A stretch of 45,922 nt of DNA, the filler included, from Jimgerdemannia flammicorona (taxonomy: Eukaryota), in assembly GCA_003990765.1 (NCBI GenBank). It is 2 parts of 2 records of this genome, joined end to end, with 100 filler letters (N's around TTAATTAATTAA, not from the genome) between each part and the next. Parts side by side here need not be neighbours in the genome. Positions count along the whole stretch, not along the records: positions 23,018 to 45,922 come from RBNJ01001187.1; 1 more part is not named here. The stretch is one strand, 5' to 3'. Shown piece by piece: positions 26,699 through 37,856 of the stretch. The notes beneath the pieces were generated by a model, which did not search any database, was not told the origin of the DNA, and saw only the letters and a program-made list of their open reading frames with translations. The translations under genes and the position numbers were made by a program. Positions within the stretch are counted from its first letter, which is position 1. The number at the start of each line of letters is the position of its first letter.

Positions 26699-28718
26699 CT
26701 ACCTCTCCTGCACTAAGTCTAGGTTAAGTTCAGCAGCCAGTTCCCTCTCCCCAGCTTCCCTTGCCTCCAGCTCTCCCAGAAGTTCTACCATTGCCCCATC
26801 CTCACACTCCTCAAAATCCTTGCGATACTCCAGACAGGCCTCCTGCCAGAGCTGCAGACCCCAACACTCTGCCCAACAGTAGTCTGCCCACTCAGCGGCA
26901 ACCACCCTCAGCTCCACCTTCCTCACCTTGTCAACCTCATATCCCTCCTCTTCCAGCAAAATCGCCAGAATCTCCACCTTCAGTGCCTCCACCATTCCAT
27001 CCCCATGCAGGATCCTTGCCCAATGCTCCTCAGGCATCACCCACAGGTCAACCTCCCCCAATGCTTCTGCTGCGAGGTTATCTATCACCTTGCGTACCCA
27101 CAACAAGTTCCCCACCTCCTTCCCTCCTGGAGTCCCTGGTCGCCCAGCATCCAACATCATTGTGTCAGCTCCTACACTAGCAGCCTCATCCCACTCCTCC
27201 TCAGGGACATCCACCAGCTCATCCTCGCCAACTGCCACCACCTGATCCCTAAGAGCCACATCAGGGACCCCAAAGTGCACCTGCTGGGCCCCCTGTATCT
27301 GTATATCCTCTGTCCTCCCTCTCTTCCCCACTGGGCCCCTCCTGATAAGTGGGGGGGGGGGTGGTATCCAACTCTGGCTCCCACACTTCAAAGGTACCAT
27401 CAGCAAATGGGTCCTTGGCCAGCCCCTTCCCAGCCCCTGCCCCCTTTGCTTCTACCTCCTCTCCTCCCTTACCAGCCCAGACACTGGCCTCAGCACCTCC
27501 AGACTCCTTAGCTTCATCCGACTGCTCCTTCCCCCCACCTGTCATACTTGCCAACAGCTCCTTCTGCCTCTTATATCCCTGGACCCACTCCCACTGCTTC
27601 TTATCCATACAGATACGCCTCCCACCCACAATCTTCAGATGCGTCGATTCCTCATACAGTTTCCAGGTCTTTGCCCTCCTCTCTACAGCACCACCCAACT
27701 CCTCCAGCACCTCCAACAAGTCCTCCTCCTCCTCTTCACTCCCCTTCACCCTCGACACCTTGCAGATGATGGCCCCCCACATCAGCACTGAGGGCCAGTC
27801 ACTCATCTTCCCTGTGGCCTCCTTCCCTGCCAACCAAATTCTGACATTGATGTTGTTCGTCCTGATAGTCGTCCCCTCCCACAACTGAAATCCAATGTCC
27901 ACCACATCTCCATACTCTACCATCACCTCCTCTACCCTCCTCCTAGTCTCCTCCTTAGTCACCATGGGCACCCCCCTCACCAGAAGCTGCACCACCCTGG
28001 GGTCCCACCTCAAGCACCTTACCATGGGGACCACTACCTCTCCAACCACCACTCCTGTCTTCATGGCCTCATCCAGTAGGCCTGCCTCCTCAAAGCCCAC
28101 CTCGATCCCCTCCATGCCCTTCAAGAACTTTACTGAGGCCGCACCAGCCACCTGCCCTGAGATAAGCCCCAGGACCATTCTCGCCATCACTGCCAAGCCC
28201 CAGAAATACAAGGTAGCCATGAACTCCAAGATTGACTTCTTGAGCAATGGGGCCACCGCCAGTCCCATTACACCATCAGCCAGGTCCCCCTTCCACATCA
28301 GGCACCCCTGTCCCCCCTGGCCATCAGCCGTCACATCTCTTTTTCTTTCCAGATTCACCATCACACCACCATCAGCAGTCCCGCCACTACCCCCAGCCAC
28401 TACTCCACTCTCTCCACCTCCTACCAGTGAAGGCCCAGCTCCCCCAGTATCACCAGCCTTCTGCTTCCCCTTTCCTTCTGCCTGTCCACTGTGGGCACCC
28501 CTCGGCCAACCCCCAGCCTTAAGTGCATCTGCAAAGCTCCCTCCCTACTGCCCTTCAGCCCCCCCACCAGTGCCTCCTCCACCCCCTGAGCTGCCCAGTC
28601 CACTCGATCCACCGAAAGATCCCATCCCCAGTCCATACTCTCTCCCGACATACTGCCAGTCGAAGGCCCCAGGTCCATCCGACCTAGGACATGCATTGGC
28701 TCACTTGCTAGTTGATAT
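26699..28718 (-). pseudogene. LINE copy B ORF1, disrupted
   Basis: Long fragments 27261-28400 and 26699-27406 (frameshift at the G run ~27350-27362). RRM-like VVQLLVRGVPM..EYGDVVDIGF..TNNINVRI. The start codon equivalent to copy A ATG is ATA at 28718. Confidence 0.8.
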
Positions 28719-30196
28719 CTCCTTAATATCTTTCTCTAATAAATGATTTAAAAGTGTGTTGAAAAGTATGTGTAACATAAATTATAGTGGAGAGAGATAT
28801 TGGTCTATATGTTTACCTAAATGAGTTTGTAAGTCTATAGTATCAATTTTATAGTATCTGAGAATTATTATTAGTTTACTATATAAAGATATTTTAGGAT
28901 ATTATTATATTATTATTATATCTATTATTAGAAGATAAATTAAAAGAAAAATAGAAAAAGTAATTATAATTTTTAAGAGTTCTGATCACTAACTCTGATA
29001 TTTTTAAAATAATATAATTAGAATTAAATATATATTAATTTTTATCTTATATAGAATATAATTAATAAATATCTATAATGAGTTTATATATATATATTTC
29101 TTTATCTATAAATAAGAATATCTTTTAAAATCATTTAGTAAATAAGTTAAAGTTTGAAAAAATAATTTTCTGAAATATTGTTTTTCTATTAAATATATAA
29201 CTCAATTTGTTTAAAAAAAAAAGATTATTGATAATTTTTTTTTAAAGACTATTATAATTTTAAAAGATATAAACTTTTAAAATCTTATATCTAAATATAG
29301 ATACAAAATAAATAAAGAGATATATATTAGAGATTAGTTATAGATACTAAAAGACATTAGTTCTTAAAACTTCAAAATCTATTTATTATTTATAAAAGTA
29401 GAAAGCTTAAATTATTAGAAATTATAGTTGTCTCTTTCTCTACTATTATACTAGTTATAAGATATTGGTAAGTAACTATCTGGATTCTTTTTCTTTTAAC
29501 TTCACTCTCTTTACCTTAATATAGTTTACTATATCTATTAAAAGATAGTAAGAGGAAGACAATAGTAATAAGTTATCTCTTTATTAGTATCAGATCAGTG
29601 CTTTTTCTATTTTTTTACAGTTTCTAGTATACCTTTGACTATATCTGGAATATATTCATTTTAGTATAGTATCTGTTTTCTTTTATTATTATCAATAAGA
29701 TATTATTTTAGTATATTATAAGTTATATAGGAAATTAGTTAATTATAGATATCAAGTACTAATATAGGTTACCTATAGATTATTGATATCTATAGTAAAA
29801 CTATCTGAGCTTTGATAAGCTTTTTAACAAGTATGGTTCTAGTATAAGTGGCTTTTTTTTCAGATAAAGTCAGGATAAGAGAGGAGATAACTATTATAAA
29901 TAAGAAAATGAGCAATTATGATAAACTAGTTAGATGTCAGGCTAAGGATAATTATTAGAGTTAGTATAAATACTGTATTAGTAGGGTCTTCTGATTAGTA
30001 TAGAGTGGTTAGATGATAGATATTACTCTCAGTAACTCTCAGTAATCAGTAAGGTTAGGCTCTAGTCATTTAGAGTTATTATAAGATCTAAGGCTACCTA
30101 GGTCAAACATTTAGGCTGTACTCAACTAGAACTGAGAGTTGATATAATAACATAATTGAGATCTGTAGACTTGAGTAGTAGAGTACATATTGAGAG

Positions 30197-30429
30197 TAGT
30201 ATACTTAATAAATCAAATTGAATCAAAGGTTCAATTTAATTTAAGATTTAATTCAAACTCTATTTTTTAAAATATAATAACTTAATAAAAATATGTCTAA
30301 ATTTAATGATCTTTAGCTTGTTAAATTTTGACATATTTTTGTCAAGTTATTATATTTTGAAAAATAGGGTTTGAATCAGATTCTCAATTTAATTCAATTT
30401 GAATTAATTCAATTTATTTAGGAGCACTA
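30197..30429. mobile_element. Palindromic MITE, hAT-type, 233 bp
   Basis: Long imperfect inverted repeat centred near 30312. Right terminus ggagcacta is the reverse complement of TAGTGCTCC. 8-bp flanks attgagag (30189-30196) and attgaaag (30430-30437) differ by one transition. Confidence 0.75.
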
Positions 30430-31349
30430 ATTGAAAGTCTCTTCTTACTTTATATATAAGTCCTTCACTTACTCTATTAGAGAGAACTAAATTCTATCTA
30501 CTACTCTATATCTTGAGGAGAGTTTTTTATTTGTCTGTTGCTTTATTTGAAGTAGTAGAGACTTTTAGCTATTTAGCTCTAATATGATCTTATATATTAT
30601 CACATAGTAGGTACTAAGTTCTCCAAGTATATCAGATTCTCTTTAAGATATATCTCTTAGACTAACTATAAGTTTCTTATAAGCAAGTTCTATTAGAGTA
30701 TCTTCTTAAGGTCTTATAGTCCTCAAACTTCTTATCTTTAAACTATTCTGTTGTCTCTTAGATTTGCTTGCTTGGAATTGAGTAGAGGACTGGAACTTCT
30801 ATACTTCTTGAGTAGTTGGGTGCTCAAATGCTTGAGTGTTTTGATACTTGACTACTGACTTTATTTCAAAAGAAATGAGAGGGGTATTTATACAAAATAT
30901 AATTTAATAGTTGCTAAGTTATAAAACTAAATATAAATTCCAATAACCAAATAAATGAGGTACTTGAACACAGAAAACTTCAGTTGTAAATATAAATTCA
31001 AGTATCTATACAATTGGTTGTATAAGATCAGAATGCTGGAATAATTTCTAATAGTTATATAAGATCAGAATACTAGAAGAATTTCAACAGTTATATAAAG
31101 AACTTAGAGCAGAATATTCAGAATTCTTGAGACTTCATCTTCATCACTATCATTAAGACTAGAGGTTGGAATGTCCTTAAAGGAAATGAGGTTGATAAAT
31201 ATTTTGTCTATTTCATATATTTTATATATATTATACATATCAATCAGTGGAATGATATCATTACTGATGACATTATCACATTTGGTAGTAGTGGTGGGGA
31301 GAGTAAGGAGATCAAGAGCTCTCTAATTTATGATATTTTTCTCTACAAA

Positions 31350-33391
31350 TATAAGAGGGTTGCTTTTTAGGGTAACCATTACATAGTTCTGAAAGGGTTT
31401 TCTAGAAGTTCTGGATATTCTGGAAGACTATTTTCTTATGATCAAGATCAATTTTATATGGAGTATGTTCTCTATGTTTATTGATTTTTAAATCGGGTTG
31501 ACGTCTCAACCAAAGTCCTTTTTTGGACTAGTTCTGGATGTTCAGAATTTTTTGTATTTCAGAAAGTTCAAGAAACTAAGACCAGCTTAGTTGAATTGGT
31601 GTATTGCTGCAGACAATACCCAATTAGGAAATTTCATAATAGGGTTAAGAGTAGGACTTAACAGAGAGTGGATTTACTTAAGAATATTTTGTGGGTTATT
31701 AAATAGGTTTATTCGCTATTCATGATATTGCTATACTAGGAGTAGTTGTATAAAGGGATATTGTGGAGAAGTGCTTAGGAGTTGTGTTCAGATTGTTCAG
31801 ATCTATTCAAGTCTGAGATTCTGAGGTCTGAGGGAGGGGGTATTTATACTAGTGAGGGGCTATCTGGACTATATTAGATATGGATGTAGTACTAAGTGCC
31901 TTGCTGAGTTGGAATGTAGTCACATAGTACAAGTGTGATCTGACATATCAAGAGATCATCTGACTACTGAGTCAGTTCACAGTCATGTTGTATAAGGCTA
32001 ATCTAACTATACTATGACTGCTAGGCTATTTATAAGTTTAGACACTGCTTGAGTAGTCTTTGATAACTTCACCATTGATGACATCATCTCTGATAAAGTA
32101 GTCATCCAGGAAGAGTGATTTGTGGATTACTTCTCCTTGTTGGCTGAGGTAGTAATACATTGGAACTTTATCACCATCCTACAGAATAGCATCATCTGTC
32201 TCATATAATGGATAAGGTGTTGGTGAGTGAAGGAGTAGTGCATCATTTTTGCTTTTATTGGATTCACTGTCTGTATACCTTCTATAAGTTACAGTACTAT
32301 GAGTCATGGGATTGTAGTATACTGGTGGCTGTGGTTCATGTTGCTCGTACTTAGGTGGTAGAGTGGTTGGTTCAATCTTGAGGGTTGTCTGAAGGTACAG
32401 GTTGTGTTCTCCAGTCTCTTTATTATAGTTGAAGTAATTGGGGATGAACATAGGTTGATATTCATGCCAGTGGTCATTGTCCCAGTAGGTCTCATAGGTG
32501 GTTATGAACTGTTGCAAGTTTATTGGCAAGGTTGGTGGTGTGATTAGGGTTGGCAGAGATCTTTGGCTGGAGGTCATGTTGGCATCAGAGGGATCATTGT
32601 CTTCTGCTTCATCTTCATCGAAGTGGATTATATCATAGACATCCTTCATGGCATATCCAACTTGAGGCATTTGCAGGATATGGTTATTGGGGTGTGGAAA
32701 GGTTCTGTCTGTAGTCTTAACATACTCAAGGTACTTCTAGTTGAGTTCTTGTATCATGTCATTGATTTGGCCATAGGACAAGGTAGTAATCATTTTGCTG
32801 GTAGTAACTTGGAGGCAGGGAATAATGGTGCTGTACTTATAAAAGAGTTCTTGGTGTTTGTAGGTGATGAGTTTCTGGTGTTGGGATATCTGGGTAATAT
32901 CTGTATCATAGTGGTATTCGATCATATCTTCCAGAAGGCAGCTGATCTGGTAGTAGCTTGAGATTTGTCCAATTCAGTGGACCTCGCTAAGTATGTTCAG
33001 GGTATTCTATCAGACTTTTATGAAGTAGAGGGGTACTAGGCTATAGATATTCATGAGGGACAGAGGGGGTGTAGCTTAGTTAATAATGGCATTCCAAATG
33101 TCAGTATAAATGTGGTTGTAAATCTTGGTGGTCATATTTGTGTATTTGGAAGTTGTGGTTATTGTTTGTTTTGGTTCTCTGTTTCGATATGTCTTGGTAC
33201 TTGGTATATATATATTTGGTTCTGATTGGTAAGATTCTGTTTGTGTGAATCTTGTATTCCATGACTTCATGTTGACTCAGCTTTATACACTGTAACTTCG
33301 GTTTGACTCAGCTTTGTGATTATACAGGTGATTTTCAGATTTGTTCAGAGGTTGCATGTGATTTCAGTGGCTTAGAGATTGTGTGCTTACA
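31350..33391 (-). repeat. 3' LTR (2042 bp)
   Basis: Direct repeat of 39882-42050. Begins TGTAAG on the minus strand next to the PPT. TATAAATA at 31841-31848 and AATAAA at 31708-31713 (minus). Confidence 0.95.
32026..33135 (-). pseudogene. Orphan ORF in the U3 region of the 3' LTR (370 codons in one frame, interrupted only by transition-derived stops)
   Basis: ORF-track pieces 33076-33270, 32737-32925 and 32179-32670 are all in one frame. Most stops are sense codons in the other LTR (TAG/TGG, TGA/CAA, TAG/CAG, TAA/CAA). TATA-like run at 33205-33214 upstream of ATG 33135. Confidence 0.75.
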
Positions 33392-33403
33392 ACTCTCCCC
33401 TTC
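33392..33403 (-). other. Polypurine tract
   Basis: gaaggggagagt immediately precedes the 3' LTR TGTAAG on the minus strand. Confidence 0.85.
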
Positions 33404-33839
33404 TTAGCTTTTGACATCCTCATCAGAGCCTTCTAATTTGTTCTAGTATTGTTATATTGTTTGGGAGGTCAAAAGTCTGGTAAGGTCCATTTTTCTCAGA
33501 AAGTGGCATGCTCATAGTACAGTTGCCTAATACATTGGATTCACATGTTAAAGGATCATATGTTTGATGCTATATGCCAGAAGTGATTCTGACATCATTT
33601 ACTGCTGGAGAATTTTCTCTAAGGAATCTTCTTAAATGTCTATACCTCATTTTCCACCAGTGGTATGGGGAGAATAGGCTTGCTTTCAGTTTTGCTATTT
33701 TTCCAGAGGGTCGGTATTCTTTTGTCTTGACTTGCTGAGTTCTTGATTTGGTTTGTAATAATTATACTGTTTGGAAGATAATATATAGTATATACTGATA
33801 GATGTTGGAGTGTTCAGGTTTCAGTTATTCAGGGAATCA

Positions 33840-33990
33840 TATTCCTAAACTAGGTTGGTAGCATTCTGGAGGTTGGTCTTGAGTTTCCATGTTGCATCAT
33901 GGATCAGATAACCTTTCTATTTGACAAGATACTCAGGGTGGTTCTTGTGGCCATACTTGTTGAGGATTTGTTTAACTTCATATTCTTCTT
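33840..33990 (-). other. Chromodomain at the integrase C-terminus
   Basis: EEYEVKQILNKYGHKNHPEYLVK*KGYLIHDATWKLKTNLQNA. Confidence 0.85.
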
Positions 33991-36900
33991 GGTCATTAAT
34001 AATGACAGGTGCAGGTGGTTTGGTGGTTCAGTTTGGGAATAGCTCATCATCATTTTCATTATATTGCTTGAGACATTGAACATTGAAGACTGGGTAAATA
34101 TTAATGATATCTGGTAGTGCCAATTTGTAGGAAGTAGGAGAGACTTGTATAATGACTTCAAATGGTCTGATAAATTTGCTGTTCAACTTTGTATATGGTC
34201 TGTGCTTGAGGTTGTCAACTTGGTATCCTTGGATGTCTAGTAGAACTTTTTCTCCAATATCAAAGGTTTCTTCTTGGCAGTATTGATTAATATACTATGA
34301 CTGTTGTTCTTGAGCTTATGATAAATTCTCAATTGCAATCTGACTTAGATTATATATTTGGAGTAAGAATTCTTCAACAGCTTCGACTGTAGAGGGTTCT
34401 TCAGTAGTTCAGATAAGTGTCAAAGGGGTGTTTGGGTTTTGTCCAGTATTGGCAAAGAATGGGGTCATTCCTAGGGAGGCTTGCTTGCTGTTATTATAGG
34501 CAAACTCAACTACAGTGAGGTGTTCATGCCAATCATCTTGTCTGTAAGAAACATAGTTCCTTAGCATTTTTTTCAGAGTTCAGTTCATTCTTTCAGTTTG
34601 GTCATCAGTTTCAGGGTGAAAGGCTGTAGATAGTGTAAGTTTCATTCCAAGGTATGCATAGAGGGCTTTCCAAAAATAGCTAGTGAATTTCAGATCTCGG
34701 TCACTAATAATGATCTTAGGAAGACCATGATAGTGGAAGATGTTGTCAAACAAGATAGTTAGCATGAAGTGGGCTTGTTTGCTAAGATAATCCACACAGA
34801 CAATGATTGCATCTTTCCTGTTCTTAGTTCAGGGTAGTTATACAATGAAGTCCATAGAGATTTATTCCCAATTAGCAGATGGTACTGGAATAGGGTATAG
34901 TAAACCAGGTTTTGCTAGTGTTGAGAACTTGTTATGTTGGCAGGCATTACAGGAAGTAATGTAGGTCTTTAGCTGATCTGCCATGCAGGGCCAATAGAAG
35001 TTTTGGGAAATAACTTCATAATATTTGTCAAATCCTAAATGTCTAGCTGTAGGGACATTATGACATTCAAATAGGATAGTTCTTTGGAGGTCTCAGTTGT
35101 TTGGAACATACAATCTATTCTTGTAGTAGATAGCATTGTCCTTCAGTTGGTATTGATGATACTAAGTATACTTGTCAGCATCATCACTGTTCAGAATTTC
35201 TCGGAGTGCTTGAGCTTTCTTATCATCAGCACATGCTGTGATAATTTGTTCCATGATGGAGTTTGTAACCAGGGTGAGGGTTTGGATAACTTCTTTGATT
35301 GGTGGTCTGGAGATTGCATCAGCAACAATATTTTCCTTGCTAGGGCAATACTGAATTTCATAGTCAAAGTTAGTGAGGACTTTTATCTATCTGGCTTGCT
35401 TTCAAAAAAGGGTAGCCTGTGTCTTGATGTTGACTAATGACTTGTGGTCAGTCAATAGTGAAGTGTGCTCCTTCTAGGTATGGTTGCCATTTGATCAGAG
35501 TATCTACGATGGCTAACATTTCCTTCTCGTGAGTTGTGTAGTTGATTTCAGCATCATTGAACTTACAGGAGTGATAGGCCACAGGGTGTCCTTCTTGCAT
35601 GAGTACTGCTCCAAGGGCTAGGTCAGAGACATCAGTAGTAACTTTATATGGTAGGGTAGGGTTTGCCACTTGAAGTACTGGAGTAGTTATCAAGACATCT
35701 TTCAGTACTTGAAAGGCAGTATCTTGCTCAGGTCCCCAATTTATAAGATTGTTGAAGTCTTTCTCTTGTTTCATAGTCCAGGGCTGTTCTTCTTTCTTGC
35801 TATGCTTGGTCATTTGGGTAAGAGCAGTGGCAATTTTAGCAAAGTTGGTAACAAATCGCCTATAGTAATTTGCTAATCCCAGGAATGACTGGAGGTCTTT
35901 CAGCTTCTTGGGTCTGGGCTAATCCTTAATTGCAGAAATTTTTCTGGAGTTTACTTTGATTCCATTTGGTGTAACAATGTGTCCAAGGAATTGAATTTCC
36001 TTCAGAAGGAATTCATACTTGCTGAGTTTTGCAAAGAGTTGGTTTTCTCAGAGTTTCAGTAGTACTAGTTCAAGATATTCAAGATACTCCTCCAGGGTTT
36101 TGCTGAAGACTAGGATGTCATTAATGTAGACAATAACAAATTTGTCCAGGTATGGGTGCAGAATGGTGTTCATCAATATCTGGAAGGTTGCAGGAGCATT
36201 AGTTAAGCCAAAGGGCATAACTAGAAACTCGAAGTGTCCATAGCAAGTTTGGAAGGCTATCTTGTAGATATCTTCTTCTTTTATGGCAATTTGCCAGTAA
36301 CTATTTTGCAGGTCAAAAGAGCTCATGCATTGTGGGTTGGTAAGCCTGTCAAATATTTCATCGATTCTGGGTAGTGGATAACAGTTCTTGATGGTCTATT
36401 CATTGAGATTACAGTAATCAATGCATATTCACAGATCTCCTTCTTTCTTTACAATAAAGAGAACTGGTGCACCATAGGGTGATATACTGGGTCTGATGAA
36501 TTCTTGTTCTAAGAGTTCATTGATTTCCTTCTTGAGTGCATCAATTTCTCTTGAAGACATATGGTAGATTGACTTGAAGGCTGGTTTGGCATCTAGGATA
36601 GTCTTGATGACATAGTCCACTGCTCATTTAGGTGGTAGGCCTTTCGGAAGCTTCTTTGGAAATATGTCTCAGAATTTCTGGAGTAAGGGTCTAATCTGGC
36701 TGTCAACTTTGAAAAAGTCTTCTTTAGAGTTTTCAGGTTCTCCTTTGGATGGATGGATGGAGATGGCAAAAAGAGGGCATTTCTTGGCCAATTTCTTGAG
36801 TTGCAGCTTGTTGATGTGGGTGATCTTTGGTCCAGGGTCACTAGAGTTGAGTGGGTCTTTTTTGTCTTACAGTTTAAAGTTGTGGCATTCTTTCTTGATG

Positions 36901-37444
36901 GTCAGAGAATGATTTACCCAATTGATTATGGGGTTCTCTTATTTTAACCATGGAGTTCCAAGGATGATTTCATTGTCTGAAAGTGGTACTATCTGCAGGG
37001 TAACATATACTCAATAGTCACTAATTCGGAAGAGTAGATTGTGGATTTCCTTACTGATAACATGAGAGGTTCCATCAGCTGTGGCAACTGCTTGAGTTTG
37101 TTGTACCAGAGAGGTGAAGACCTTGAGTCTGTTAGCTGTTTCTTTATTGATGAAGTTGCCTGAGGCACTACTGTCTATCATAATCTTGACAGGTGCTCAG
37201 TTGACAAAAGCTTTAAGTATAAGCAGTTTGTCTAATCCAATGGTGGTGATTTTAGTTGTAAGAGCTTTCCTTCTGTTGGTTCTTCTTTGAGCCAGTTTAT
37301 TGACACAAGAGAAGCAATTATCAATTATTTGGGAAGAGTACATTCCAATGCCATGAGGGTATTGATCACTTGATACATATCCATCTTCAATTTTCTTGTA
37401 GAATTGTTCTTCTTTGTTTATAGTAGGTTGGACTGAGGCCTTGT

Positions 37445-37856
37445 TTGATAAGCTAAATCCTTTAGATCCTTGGATGGTAGGTAGTAGTTCAGGGACTTCC
37501 TTGACTGTCAGAGTTGACTCGATTTTTTTGAATAGGATCTGGGCAATGCAGAAACCAATGGGAATCTTGAAGAGTATCCAACTGTGGTTTTGGATGAGGA
37601 TAATAATTTTGCCTGTATAATCCTTGTCAATGACTCTTCCTTCTACTGAGAGTCCTTTCAATGCTAGGCTGCTGTAATAACATATTCTTCCAACATATCT
37701 TTCAGGGATTTGGATACTGATTCCTGTGTAGACTTGCTTGACTTCTTGGTTAGAAACTATAGCTTCTTCAACTGCATATAGGTCATATCTAGCTACTTTT
37801 TGACTTCCTTTAGTTGGGGCCTTAGCAGTTTGTCTTAACTTGACAAAGTCTAGTAT
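37445..37856 (-). pseudogene. dut: Trimeric dUTPase domain within the retroelement polyprotein
   Basis: All five motifs are recognisable: ARYDLYA, GRICYYSSLALKG, GRVIDKDYTGKI, CIAQILF and TIQGSKGFSLS. In frame with the upstream zinc knuckle and the downstream protease. Confidence 0.9.

Larger units (their letters stand above)
23018..28805 (-). mobile_element. Non-LTR retrotransposon (L1/Tx1-type LINE), copy B, near full length, degenerate
   Basis: 5' UTR, ORF1 and ORF2 with APE, RT and C-terminal CEEC..QTPEHWLEEC motif. The 3' UTR runs into the gap. Confidence 0.95.

Noticed and set aside
23508..28746. Long Pro/Ser-rich plus-strand ORFs (e.g. 23508-24191, 27895-28746)
   Set aside because: Antisense shadows of the purine-rich LINE ORFs.
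32563..32961. Hydrophobic plus-strand ORF in the LTRs (also 41222-41593) as a membrane or env-like protein
   Set aside because: It is the codon-aligned antisense of the longer U3 ORF and starts at TTG. It is best explained as a shadow, though I cannot formally exclude it.
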